A DNA stretch of 64,000 bases. It comes from an uncultured Saprospiraceae bacterium (GTDB lineage Bacteria; Bacteroidota; Bacteroidia; Chitinophagales; Saprospiraceae). This document shows, piece by piece, positions 51,668-60,859 of the stretch (the stretch's first letter is position 1; each line of letters opens with the position of its first letter). The stretch covers positions 1,690 through 65,689 of the forward strand of contig CAZXQI010000004.1 in NCBI GenBank assembly GCA_964643005.1. Reading direction: 5' to 3'. Below the pieces are notes generated by a model, which worked only from the letters and a program-made list of their open reading frames with translations, was not told the origin of the DNA and searched no databases. Made by a program: the position numbers and the translations under genes.

Positions 51668-53194
51668 TCAATGCTTGAAATGCCTTGTTCCCGTCGTCAC
51701 CATGCTCATGCTGTGAGCGTTGCAGTAGTCAATGCTGTCCTGATCCTTGATGGAGCCGCCGGGCTGGATGACGGCGGTAATTCCCTCGCGGTCGGCAATT
51801 TCTACGCAGTCGGGGAAGGGGAAGAAGGCATCGGAGGCCATCACGGCGCCTTTCAGATCGAATCCAAAGACCTTCGCCTTGGCGATGGCCTGCCGGAGCG
51901 CATCCACTCTGGAAGGCTGGCCGCAGCCCATGCCGATGAGTTGCCGGTCTTTTACTAAGGCAATCCCATTTGACTTGAGGTGCTTAACGGCAATGTTTGC
52001 AAAGAGCAGGTCGGGGATTTCGCCTTCCTTCGGCGCTGAGCTGGTGACCGTTTTCAACTCGGCCTGAGTTTCCGTTTTCAGGTCGGCGTCCTGTTCCACA
52101 ACGCCGTTGAGGAGGCTCCGGAAGAACCTCGAGCGGACGGAGAAGTCTTTAATTTTCAGCAAAATCCGATTTTTCTTTTTGCTCAAAAGTTCCAGCGCAT
52201 TGGCCTCAAAATCGGGAGCGATGAGCACTTCGTAAAACAGCGCGTCAATCTCGGCGGCGGTCGCCAGATCTACAGGGCGATTGCAGACGAAAATCCCGCC
52301 AAAGGCGGACACGTTGTCGCAGGCCAATGCAGCCCGCCATGCCCCAACCAGGGTGGAGCGGGAGGCCAGCCCGCAGGTATTGGTGTGCTTTAGAATGGCA
52401 AAAGTGGGATCGGCATGTTGGAACTCCCGCATGATTTGCACGGCGGCGTCAATGTCCACGAGGTTGTTATATGAGATGGCTTTGCCCGCCATCTTAGTGA
52501 ACATTTTTTCCAAATCGCCATAGAACACACCGCTTTGATGCGGGTTTTCGCCATAGCGCAGAACCTCCGCCTGGTGGAAACTTTGCTTAAAAGATAGCTC
52601 AGCGCTGCCTTCGCTGAAATAGTTAAAGATGGCCACGTCGTAGTTGGAAGAGACCCTGAAGGCTCGACGGGCAAACCCCCTGCGGTCTTCCTCCTCGCTG
52701 AAGCCCTGTTTTTCTTTGAGCAATTGCAGAAACATGCCGTACTCCTCTTTGGAAGGTACAACGATAACGTCTTTGAAATTTTTGGCCGCCGCGCGAATAA
52801 GGGAGATACCGCCGATGTCAATTTTTTCAATGATGGTCGCTTCGTCGGCGGTATTGGCGACGGTCTCCTCAAAGGGATAGAGGTCAACGATTACGACGTC
52901 AATCTCCGGTATGTTGTATTTCCTGAGTTGAGCCTGATGCTCTTCTTCGCGGCGAGCCAGGATGCCGCCAAACACTTTGGGGTGGAGGGTTTTTACGCGC
53001 CCGTCGAGAATGGACGGATAGCCGGTGAGATCTTCGACTGTTTCAACGGGAACTCCCAGTTTTTCGATATAAGTCCGGGTTCCTCCCGTGGAGTAAATTG
53101 TTACGCCGAAGCGGTGTAGCTCCCGGATGATTTCTTCAAGACCTTCTTTGTGATAGACGGAAATGAGCGCAGCGTTAATTTTTTTGGAATTCAT
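51668..53194 (-). CDS. purH: bifunctional AICAR formyltransferase / IMP cyclohydrolase
   Basis: 508 aa. Has ALISVYHKEGL, KTLHPKVFGGIL, GGISLIRAAAKN, and a C-terminal VIQPGGSIKD...TGTRHFKH. Confidence 0.97.
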   Translation of the reverse strand: MNSKKINAALISVYHKEGLEEIIRELHRFGVTIYSTGGTRTYIEKLGVPVETVEDLTGYPSILDGRVKTLHPKVFGGILARREEEHQAQLRKYNIPEIDVVIVDLYPFEETVANTADEATIIEKIDIGGISLIRAAAKNFKDVIVVPSKEEYGMFLQLLKEKQGFSEEEDRRGFARRAFRVSSNYDVAIFNYFSEGSAELSFKQSFHQAEVLRYGENPHQSGVFYGDLEKMFTKMAGKAISYNNLVDIDAAVQIMREFQHADPTFAILKHTNTCGLASRSTLVGAWRAALACDNVSAFGGIFVCNRPVDLATAAEIDALFYEVLIAPDFEANALELLSKKKNRILLKIKDFSVRSRFFRSLLNGVVEQDADLKTETQAELKTVTSSAPKEGEIPDLLFANIAVKHLKSNGIALVKDRQLIGMGCGQPSRVDALRQAIAKAKVFGFDLKGAVMASDAFFPFPDCVEIADREGITAVIQPGGSIKDQDSIDYCNAHSMSMVTTGTRHFKH

Positions 53195-53841
53195 GTTTGA
53201 GATAGAGAAAAGTGAGGTTTAAAAAAGGCCACAAATGTAAGGCGTTTGAGGGCTTTGCCCAACAGCGGGCGGGCGCCGGAGACCATGAGATTTTTCAACA
53301 GAGTATTTTGGAAAGGCATTTAACCTGCATATCAATAGCTGCACTTACCGGGCAGACCTTGCGATACGGGGTTTCCCACAGATGATTTTCGCCGAAGGAG
53401 AAAATTAATCCGAATTTACTTTGGATTAAGCGCAGATAAAACCAGCAGATTCATGCAAATTTGATCGGTAGATGATTTCCAATGAACCTTCCGAATTGAT
53501 GTTGAAATTCAAACAAACCTAAGTTGCAAAAAAAAACACCCCGGCCTAAAAAGGAAAAGCCGCCCCGAGTGGAGCAGCCTTCCAAAGCGTGCTTAATAGT
53601 TTTTATGTTCCTTGCATTGTCCGGATTAAAAACCCGATTTTACAATTTTAGGTGTTTAATAGAATCCGGGAATTTCGCCGGGATTCTTCCAAACCGTCCT
53701 TTGTGCAAATTTACAGGCGGAGCAAAGTCCGGGCTGGTAACAGCGTTAACTAAAACCTTTGATTTGGTAAAGGATGTAAGAACAGGATGGGTCTTTTTCT
53801 AATTTTAAATAGCTGATTGTCAGGAAGGAAGGTAAATAACA

Positions 53842-55683
53842 TTACGAATTGGCGCCTGCTTCGGCGACTTCAGACGGGGTCTTCCCAAAGTGCTTTTTGA
53901 ATGCCTTGCTGAAATAGTTGGGATTTTCAAAACCAACCTGGTAAGTGACTTCCGACACATTTCCGGCGCCCGATTCCAGCAGGCGCATGGCCTTTTCCAG
54001 ACGGATGGTTCGGAGCAGTTCTGCGGGCGGCATGCCCGTTATTGATTTCACTTTTTTAAACAACTGCACCCGGCTGATTTTCATGGCCTGCGCCAATTGC
54101 TCAACGCCGAACCGGGGGTTTTCGAGCTCCTGACGGATGTTGTCGAGCACTAAGACTAAATAGGGGTCAATGTCGGGCTTGCCGGGATGTTCCCCGCCCC
54201 AGTCAAACTGCAAAACAGTTTTGAAGCGCTCCCGGAGCATTCGACGATTTTCGAGGAGATTGTCTAAAGACAGTTCCAATTCCCGCACCGAGAAGGGCTT
54301 GGTCAGGTAGGCGTCAACGCCGGCTTCCAAAGCTCTCTGTTTAGTTTCGGCGCCCGTTCTTGCCGTCAGCATCAAAACCGGGATATGGCTGGTCAAAGGG
54401 TCGGATTTTAAAGTCCGGCAGAGTTCTATGCCGTCCTGTCCGCCCAATAGCATGATGTCCGAAACGACGATATCCGGCAGGTTTTCTTTGGTCAGATGGA
54501 TGGCTTCATTCACCGAGGCGCAGCGGAGCAAATTGTAAGCGGCGCTGAAATTGGAAGCCAAAAAGCTCTGCAAATCCAGATTGTCTTCGACTATCAGCAG
54601 TTGATTTTTTTTGCTCCTTTTGGAAGGCGTTGAATCCGGGAGCGGTGTAGTCGCAAGTTGTTCCAATTGCGGCTCTACGGCTATAAATGGCAAGGAAATG
54701 GAAAAACTGGTTCCTACATTCAATTCGGAATGTACCTCAATTTCTCCACCCATCAGGCTGATCAGCTTTTTCACTAAGGCCAGCCCGATTCCTGCACCTT
54801 CGGTCAGCTCGCCGGATTGCTCCACCTGCCGGAAGCGTTCAAACACAATTTTCAGATTTTCCCCGGTCATCCCTCTGCCGCTATCGGTAATGGTCAGTTG
54901 AACAGTTTCCTTTTCCTGTGCGGCCGGATACCGGAGGCTCATTTCGATAGATCCTCCCCTGTCGGTGAATTTGATGGCGTTCATCAGCAGATTGGAGAGG
55001 ATGGTATCCAATTTTTCAAAATCCATTTCGCACCAGCGATCGGGCGTTTCTGCGCTAAACTGAATCCTGAGCTGCTTACTGTCGGCGATGGGTCGCACCT
55101 GGGTGACGATCTTTTGCACTTCATCCGCCAGGTTGCCCACCTGCGTCGCGACCGTCATGGCCTTGGCTTCCAGTTTATTCCACCTGAGGAGCTCGTTGAA
55201 GCGATAGAGCAACTCGCGGGCGTGTTGTAGAGCCATGAGGATATCCGGATGGGGGTTTTCCTCCGCCAGCCTCTCCAAAGGGCTGATGATGAGCGTCAGA
55301 GGGGTGCGGAGTTCGTGGGTAATGTTGACGTAGAGCTGCTCCCTGTGCATGGCGATCTCCCTGTCCCGGGACGCCAGTAACTGCATCTCTTTCGCCTTCT
55401 GACGGTTGCGATAGGTCACGAATGCTAAGCGAAAAATCAAAGCGAACAGACCCGCCAGTATGGCCAAAACCAAAAGTATCTTCGAGCTAAACAGCGGGTC
55501 TTTCGGCGCTTGGGATAAGAGAACTTCTCCTCCCTGCTTTTGAAATTCCCATTTGGGAGAGGGAGTATCATCCGAGTAGTCGCCTGGAACCGGACTTTGA
55601 CCGGAGCAAACAGAAGCCACCAACAGGAAAACTAAAAAGCGGAAGACGAGCCTCATAAGGGCGTGATTTTCAGACAGATTCAT
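53842..55683 (-). CDS. hybrid sensor histidine kinase / response regulator with AraC-type HTH
   Basis: 613 aa. Two TM helices, H-box ITHELRTPLT, HATPase G-boxes (DSGRGM, GAGIGLALV), a REC domain (LLIVEDN...VVSDIML) and a C-terminal AraC HTH (GFENPNYFSKAFKKHFGKTPSE). Confidence 0.85.
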   Translation of the reverse strand: MNLSENHALMRLVFRFLVFLLVASVCSGQSPVPGDYSDDTPSPKWEFQKQGGEVLLSQAPKDPLFSSKILLVLAILAGLFALIFRLAFVTYRNRQKAKEMQLLASRDREIAMHREQLYVNITHELRTPLTLIISPLERLAEENPHPDILMALQHARELLYRFNELLRWNKLEAKAMTVATQVGNLADEVQKIVTQVRPIADSKQLRIQFSAETPDRWCEMDFEKLDTILSNLLMNAIKFTDRGGSIEMSLRYPAAQEKETVQLTITDSGRGMTGENLKIVFERFRQVEQSGELTEGAGIGLALVKKLISLMGGEIEVHSELNVGTSFSISLPFIAVEPQLEQLATTPLPDSTPSKRSKKNQLLIVEDNLDLQSFLASNFSAAYNLLRCASVNEAIHLTKENLPDIVVSDIMLLGGQDGIELCRTLKSDPLTSHIPVLMLTARTGAETKQRALEAGVDAYLTKPFSVRELELSLDNLLENRRMLRERFKTVLQFDWGGEHPGKPDIDPYLVLVLDNIRQELENPRFGVEQLAQAMKISRVQLFKKVKSITGMPPAELLRTIRLEKAMRLLESGAGNVSEVTYQVGFENPNYFSKAFKKHFGKTPSEVAEAGANS

Positions 55684-55733
55684 TTGACAACAGCACTGCT
55701 AAAAGTAGTCGATATTTTGAAAATGGCAAAAAC

Positions 55734-56342
55734 TCAGGGTAGAATTCCGATACTTTTGAGGTAAAGGTTTAGTTGCCCGGGAGATTTGAAGTGCAGGCAA
55801 TGCAGACCCAGTTCCTTTGCCGCGATGATGTTGCGCTCATTGTCGTCAATGAAAAGCGCCCGCCGGGGCGCAATGTCGTATCGTTCAAAAAGTATCCTGT
55901 AAAACTCCGGAAATGGCTTTCGGGTTTTTTCAACGCCGCTCACCACGATTCCTTCGAACCAATGCAGGAAGTCGTACAATTCCAGCGCAATGGGGAAGGT
56001 TTCCGCCGACCAGTTGGTCAGGGCAAAGAGCCTGTGGCGATTTAGGTTTTTTAGTTTTTCCAAAGTCTCCACAGTCCCTTCGACCGGGCCGCCCAGCATC
56101 TCCTGCCAGCGCCCGTAGAAAGCCCGGATTTCCTGTTCCCATTCGGGATGCTGCGCGACAAGCAATTCCGTCCCTTCCCGCAGAGGACGCCCCGCATCCT
56201 GGGTTTCGTTCCAGTCCGAAGTGCAGATATTTTTGAAAAAATATTCCATCTGCGCCTCGTCTTCGAAGATCTCCCGATAGACGTAAACCGGGTTCCAGTC
56301 AACCAGTACGCCCCCTAAATCAAAGATGATGGTATCTATCAT
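55734..56342 (-). CDS. HAD-superfamily hydrolase (subfamily IA)
   Basis: The internal ATG gives MIDTIIFDLGGVLV (motif I). LTNWS (motif II) and LFIDDNERNI (motif IV). Confidence 0.8.
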   Translation of the reverse strand: MIDTIIFDLGGVLVDWNPVYVYREIFEDEAQMEYFFKNICTSDWNETQDAGRPLREGTELLVAQHPEWEQEIRAFYGRWQEMLGGPVEGTVETLEKLKNLNRHRLFALTNWSAETFPIALELYDFLHWFEGIVVSGVEKTRKPFPEFYRILFERYDIAPRRALFIDDNERNIIAAKELGLHCLHFKSPGQLNLYLKSIGILP

Positions 56343-56512
56343 TTCATTGTTATCATTCACCGCAAGTCGTCGAGCCGGCCTGCCTTCCGGCCTGCCCATT
56401 TTAAGTCCTCAGGCAAAAATGGGGATAATTTTGGCGACAGGTTCCATTCTGGTTCTGTTCAGGAAGATTCAATACCTCCTCTTTCAGAGATTCGGAGAGG
56501 CCCAAAAAAAAC

Positions 56513-56782
56513 TTATATCGTCCATTCATTTCGGCGCTCTCCTGGCGTCCCTTCTAACATAGATTGACGATATAAGATTGACGATTTTTTAATAAACTCT
56601 TTGGTCTGAAGCGTCAGCTCTTCAATGACTGTCGGATAGTCGCTACTCCCGATTGTTTTGAAAACCTTGTATTTCTCTGAGCTTTTATCTAAAACCTGGA
56701 TACGGACAACACCGCTCTTGTTTTTTTTGACGTACAAACATGCGTAAAAGTAGAAATTATCGAACTGGTGCGCCTGAAACAT
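56513..56782 (-). pseudogene. N-terminal stub of an IS1634-like (IS4 superfamily) transposase
   Basis: YVKKNKSGVVRIQVLDKSSEKYKVFKTIGSSDYPTVIEELTLQTKEFIKK resembles the conserved N-terminus of Bacteroidota IS1634-family transposases (full length about 550 aa). Here the frame ends after about 70 homologous residues. Confidence 0.5.
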
Positions 56783-57236
56783 AGCTCACAAAGATTGCAA
56801 TCAAATCATGATCGGCGATTCAAGGAGTGAATTTGTATGTTTTTAAAAATGTGCACAAGCTGGGAGACGCCGGCAGAGGCAGGAGATGCTTCTGCTTCTG
56901 CCGATTTGTTTTGTTTTAGTTGCTGTGAGGAACTAACAATTAGGCGCAGACCTCCTCCTTTTTTCACCTTCCCTGATAAATCTACCAACGCAAAAAAAAT
57001 AAAGACCATCAGACCTTAATACATTGCAGGCAACCTGAATATCAATTTGTTATCCTAAAATTTCCCGCTTTCTAAAAGAAATTTACCTGCATTTTATTGG
57101 CGTTTAATTAGCTTTGAGCCCTCGTAAATCATTGCAGATCGGTCATTTCTAAGACCGACCCGGGGTTTCTCTGGCGCCTTTCCTCTGAGTAGCCCTTATA
57201 TCCCTTTCCGTTTTAAATTAATTTATAACTTTAAAT

Positions 57237-58931
57237 ATGCCAAATATGAGAAGAATAGAATTCCTTTTTATTGCCCTGTGCACAGTATGCGGCGCAGCCT
57301 TATTCGGACAATCTGCCACCAATATTCAGCAGGCGCTCAGCGTCAATGCGGACGGTGCGGCGCCTGCCGCCAGCGCCATGTTAGACATGCAGTCCACTAC
57401 ACAGGGTATGCTCGTACCCCGCATGACGGGCGCGCAGCGTGTGGCCATCGCATCGCCGGCTACCGGACTGTTGGTTTTTGATACCGACGCCAATGGGTTT
57501 TGGTTTTACAGCGGCGCTGCCTGGACGAATCTGAATTCCGGCATTCCCAGTACCCTGGCCGATGCGGATCAGGACACGAAAATACAGGTGGAGAAGTACC
57601 CCAACGAAAACGCTATCCACTTTGACCTTGCCGGCACGGAAGCGATGGCTCTGAGTAAAAATACCGGCGGTCAGCCGAGGCTTGAATTCCCGGGCAGTAA
57701 TGTGGCGGTGGGATTGGGGGCGCTTTTATCCAATACGACGGGTGGAGATAACACTGCTTATGGCTATCATGCGCTGTCTTCCAACACTGAGGGATACCAC
57801 AACACTGCCACCGGTTATCAGGCGCTTTCTTCCAATACGGAAGGAGGTCAGAACACGGCCACGGGATATGGAGCGCTTTCCTCCAACATTGCGGGAGATT
57901 TGAACACTGCCAGTGGCTATTTGGCGCTCCATTTTAATACGGAGGGGAGCCTCAATACCGCTACCGGCGTTCAGGCGCTTTCCTCCAATATTACGGGAAA
58001 TCAAAATACTGCCAATGGATATTTAGCGCTCATATACAACACCGCGGGGAGCCTCAATACCGCTACGGGCGTTCAGGCGCTATATTCTAATATAGAGGGA
58101 GACCAGAATACTGCTACCGGCGTTCAGGCGCTATATTCCAACACTATCGGATGGGGTAATATCGCTAATGGAGCTTATGCGCTATATTCCAACACTACGG
58201 GAATTGGAAACGCCGCTGGCGGCGCGCATGCGCTTGAAAATAACGCTGCTGGAAATTATAATACCGCTTTTGGCTTTGGCGCATTCTCCAACTGCAATAT
58301 GGGAGATTATAATACAGCCTTAGGGTATTATTCAGATATCGATACCTGTAACAGAGAGAATACAGTAGTAATAGGCGGCAATGGCAATATCGCCTTAGGC
58401 GGCTCTAACCGCGTGCGCATAGGCAACAGCAGCATGAGCAGCATAGGCGGTCAGGTAGCCTGGAGCAGCCTCTCAGACGAGCGCATCAAGACCAATGTAA
58501 AGGACAATGTGGTGGGCTTAGATTTCATCATGAAGCTCCATCCTGTTACGTACAACTATAGCGTGAGCAGGAGCTATGAAATACAGCGACAGACAGATAC
58601 CACTGACTGGAAAGGCAAATACGATATAGAGGCGATGCAGTTCAGCGGTTTTCTGGCGCAGGAAGTGGAAAAGGCGGCAAAGGAAACGGGCTACGACTTT
58701 AGCGGCGTGGATAAGCCGGATAGCGAGGAAGGGTTTTGGGGTCTGCGCTATGCCGAGTTTACCGTGCCATTGGTAAAGGCGGTGCAGGAGCAGCAGGCGG
58801 TCATCAGCCAGTTGCAGGCGGAGAATGCCGCATTAAAAGCGCAGATTCAGGCGGAGAAGGCCGCCAATGTGGAGCAATTCAGCAGAATCGCTGCGGCATT
58901 GCAGGGCGCAGGGATAGCGGTAGAAAAGTAA
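57237..58931 (+). CDS. tail-fibre-like repeat protein with C-terminal peptidase S74 (intramolecular chaperone) domain
   Basis: 564 aa with a signal peptide. Twelve 17-residue NTAxGxxALxSNTxGxx repeats. C-terminal SDERIKTNV...LHPVTYNY...GFLAQEVE...LVKAVQEQQ and a coiled coil, as in endosialidase/tail-fibre chaperone domains. Confidence 0.8.
   Translation: MPNMRRIEFLFIALCTVCGAALFGQSATNIQQALSVNADGAAPAASAMLDMQSTTQGMLVPRMTGAQRVAIASPATGLLVFDTDANGFWFYSGAAWTNLNSGIPSTLADADQDTKIQVEKYPNENAIHFDLAGTEAMALSKNTGGQPRLEFPGSNVAVGLGALLSNTTGGDNTAYGYHALSSNTEGYHNTATGYQALSSNTEGGQNTATGYGALSSNIAGDLNTASGYLALHFNTEGSLNTATGVQALSSNITGNQNTANGYLALIYNTAGSLNTATGVQALYSNIEGDQNTATGVQALYSNTIGWGNIANGAYALYSNTTGIGNAAGGAHALENNAAGNYNTAFGFGAFSNCNMGDYNTALGYYSDIDTCNRENTVVIGGNGNIALGGSNRVRIGNSSMSSIGGQVAWSSLSDERIKTNVKDNVVGLDFIMKLHPVTYNYSVSRSYEIQRQTDTTDWKGKYDIEAMQFSGFLAQEVEKAAKETGYDFSGVDKPDSEEGFWGLRYAEFTVPLVKAVQEQQAVISQLQAENAALKAQIQAEKAANVEQFSRIAAALQGAGIAVEK
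57699..58310 (+). repeat. 12 tandem 51-nt (17-codon) coding repeats inside the tail-fibre-like gene
   Basis: Exact 17-aa periodicity from N155 to Y358 (NVAVGLGALLSNTTGGD ... NTAFGFGAFSNCNMGDY). Nucleotide units such as aataccgctaccggcgttcaggcgct recur. Confidence 0.8.
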
Positions 58932-58936
58932 TGCAG

Positions 58937-58977
58937 AATAATCCGCCGGGAGCGGGAAGCGCTTCCGGCAGATTATT
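58937..58977 (+). terminator. strong stem-loop immediately after the tail-fibre-like gene
   Basis: 18-bp stem (one mismatch, one G-U) with loop GGAAG, 5 nt past the stop. There is no U-tract, so the terminator role is an inference. Confidence 0.5.
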
Positions 58978-59091
58978 GCCAATACAGAAGCAGAGCCTCC
59001 GCTACGCCCAGTTAGACGGAGCAGCGGCGACTTTCCTCTAAGTAATGCGCGACTTTCCCCTGCCGTTGTGGTTGACGTATTTACCTGGCGC

Positions 59092-59271
59092 TCAGGGAGC
59101 GTAAATGGCTTTTTGTTCGGCGCTCAGTGTCGGAGACAGGGAGATGATCAAACCCGGGTTCAGGTCTCTGTTCGGATAAGCGCCTAAGCGACTGCCTATG
59201 CCGGGCGCAAAGGGATCATCTACAGTAGAATGGCAGAATGCGCAGGTAATACCGACTCTTGCCAATTGCAA
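59092..59271 (-). pseudogene. fragment of a cytochrome c (CxxCH) family gene
   Basis: The minus-strand frame reads ...LQLARVGITCAFCHSTVDDPFAPGIGSRLGAYPNRDLNPGLIISLSPTLSAEQKAIYAP*. This is 59 codons from a TTG, just under the track cutoff. It has the heme-binding CAFCH motif. The upstream part of the open frame is Arg-rich and non-protein-like. Confidence 0.35.
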
Positions 59272-59389
59272 ACCGCCGCCCGAAGAGAGGACATGCTTAT
59301 AGAAAAAGATTCGGCGGCAGTAGATGCGAACCCGACGAGATCGAATGAAACCGGAACGTCGCCCGCTATAAATATGACTATTGCCGTCG

Positions 59390-60775
59390 TCAGGACCTCA
59401 GCGCCTCTACTTCCTCCACCGTTTTGGGGACGGGTTTGCCGAGGACATGATGACCGCTTTCGGTGATGAGCACGTTGTCCTCTATGCGGATGCCGCCGAA
59501 GTTGCGCCAGTCGTCTAATTTATCGTAGTTGATAAAGTCCGTGTGCAGACCTTCGGCTTTCCACTGGTCAATCAGTTCAGGAATGAAATAGAGGCCGGGT
59601 TCAACGGTCAGCGCAAAGCCTGGTTCGAGCGCTCTGCCGAGTCGGAGGTAGGCCGTACCGAATAATTTGCTGCGCTTCACCTCCTCGTTGTAGCCGACGT
59701 AATCTTCTCCCAATCCTTCCATGTCGTGGACGTCGAGGCCGAGCATGTGTCCCAGGCCGTGCGGAAAAAACAGGGCGTGGGCGCCTTTCTCAACGGCTTC
59801 CGCTATATCGCCTTTCATCAGCCCTAAGGATTTCAGACCCTCCGCCATTTGTCGGGCGGCGGCTAAGTGGACTTCCATGTAGGTCAGGCCTGGTTCGAGC
59901 GATGCGATAGCGCTCAGCTCGGCGCCCAGGACGATATTGTAAATATCCTTTTGACGCGAAGTAAATTTTTTATCCACCGGACAGGTTCGGGTGAGGTCGC
60001 CGGCGTAGTGGGTAGCGGTTTCAGCGCCGTGGTCGCCGAGCAGGAGGCGCCCGCTTTGGAGGATGTTGCCGTGGGAGTGGTTGTGGAGCGTCTGCCCGTT
60101 GACGGTGAGGATGATGCCGTAGGCGATATCGCCGCCCATGCCCGTAGCGATGCCCTGGGCGATGCCTGCCAGTTCGGATTCCCGCTTGCCGGCGGCGGCG
60201 GCTTTCATCACGGCCACGTGCATGGCGCCGGTGATGTTGACGGCCTTTTCCATCTCGGCGACTTCCTCTGCGGACTTGTGCGAGCGCTGGGCGACGATGG
60301 CCTTAATGAGGCTGACCGAGGCCTTCTCCTGCAATTTTCCGATGGGGATGTCCAGCCATTCGTAGAGCTGGATCATGCTGTCGTGGCGATAGGGCGGCGT
60401 GAAGTGAACAGCTCTTTTTTGATCCAAAGCTTTTTTGAAAAAATTTTTTAACCGGTTGAAAGGCTGCGTTTTGGATACGCCGACTTTTACCGCCTGCTCC
60501 GCAATAGTAGGCATAGGCCCCGTCCAGACGATATCTTCCATGGTCAGTTCGTCGCCGAAGATGATGTCTTTGTTTTCGTCAATGTCAATGACGCCGGCTA
60601 GGCCGGGCTGATCGAGGCCAAAGAAATAGAGGAAGTTGCTGTCTTGTCGGAAGTTGTAGGGGTTGGCTTTGTAGTTCATGCCGACCTCGTTGTTTCCGGG
60701 AATGAAGATGATTCCACCGCCCACTTCTTTGCGCAGGCGTTCTCTGCGTTGTGTATAAGTTTCTTTTGAAAACAT
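59390..60775 (-). CDS. Xaa-Pro aminopeptidase (M24B, aminopeptidase P family)
   Basis: 461 aa. N-terminal AMP_N-like region, HGLGHMLGLDVHD, and EPGLYF...GGIRIEDNVLIT metal-ligand motifs. Confidence 0.9.
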   Translation of the reverse strand: MFSKETYTQRRERLRKEVGGGIIFIPGNNEVGMNYKANPYNFRQDSNFLYFFGLDQPGLAGVIDIDENKDIIFGDELTMEDIVWTGPMPTIAEQAVKVGVSKTQPFNRLKNFFKKALDQKRAVHFTPPYRHDSMIQLYEWLDIPIGKLQEKASVSLIKAIVAQRSHKSAEEVAEMEKAVNITGAMHVAVMKAAAAGKRESELAGIAQGIATGMGGDIAYGIILTVNGQTLHNHSHGNILQSGRLLLGDHGAETATHYAGDLTRTCPVDKKFTSRQKDIYNIVLGAELSAIASLEPGLTYMEVHLAAARQMAEGLKSLGLMKGDIAEAVEKGAHALFFPHGLGHMLGLDVHDMEGLGEDYVGYNEEVKRSKLFGTAYLRLGRALEPGFALTVEPGLYFIPELIDQWKAEGLHTDFINYDKLDDWRNFGGIRIEDNVLITESGHHVLGKPVPKTVEEVEALRS

Positions 60776-60859
60776 GATTAATGTGATTTGATGTTGTCGT
60801 TTGTCATGTGCAGAGGTCGGAAAAAATGCGCATTTTCCAAATCTCCATTTTGACCCAAC

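Noticed and set aside
53716-53745. GGAGCAAAGTCCGGGCTGGTAACAGCG resembles the RNase P RNA P4/CR-I box (GAGGAAAGUCCGGGC)
   Set aside because: Only about 125 nt remain before the sensor-kinase stop codon at 53842. A 350-400-nt RNase P RNA cannot fit, there is no matching CR-V/P4 3-prime strand nearby, and there is one mismatch in the invariant core. Treated as chance or a relic. An Infernal scan with RF00010 would settle it.
53524-53802. 92-aa plus-strand ORF in the purH leader
   Set aside because: It has a TTG start and a Lys/Pro-rich low-complexity N-terminus, with no motif. It lies between two minus-strand genes. Judged spurious.
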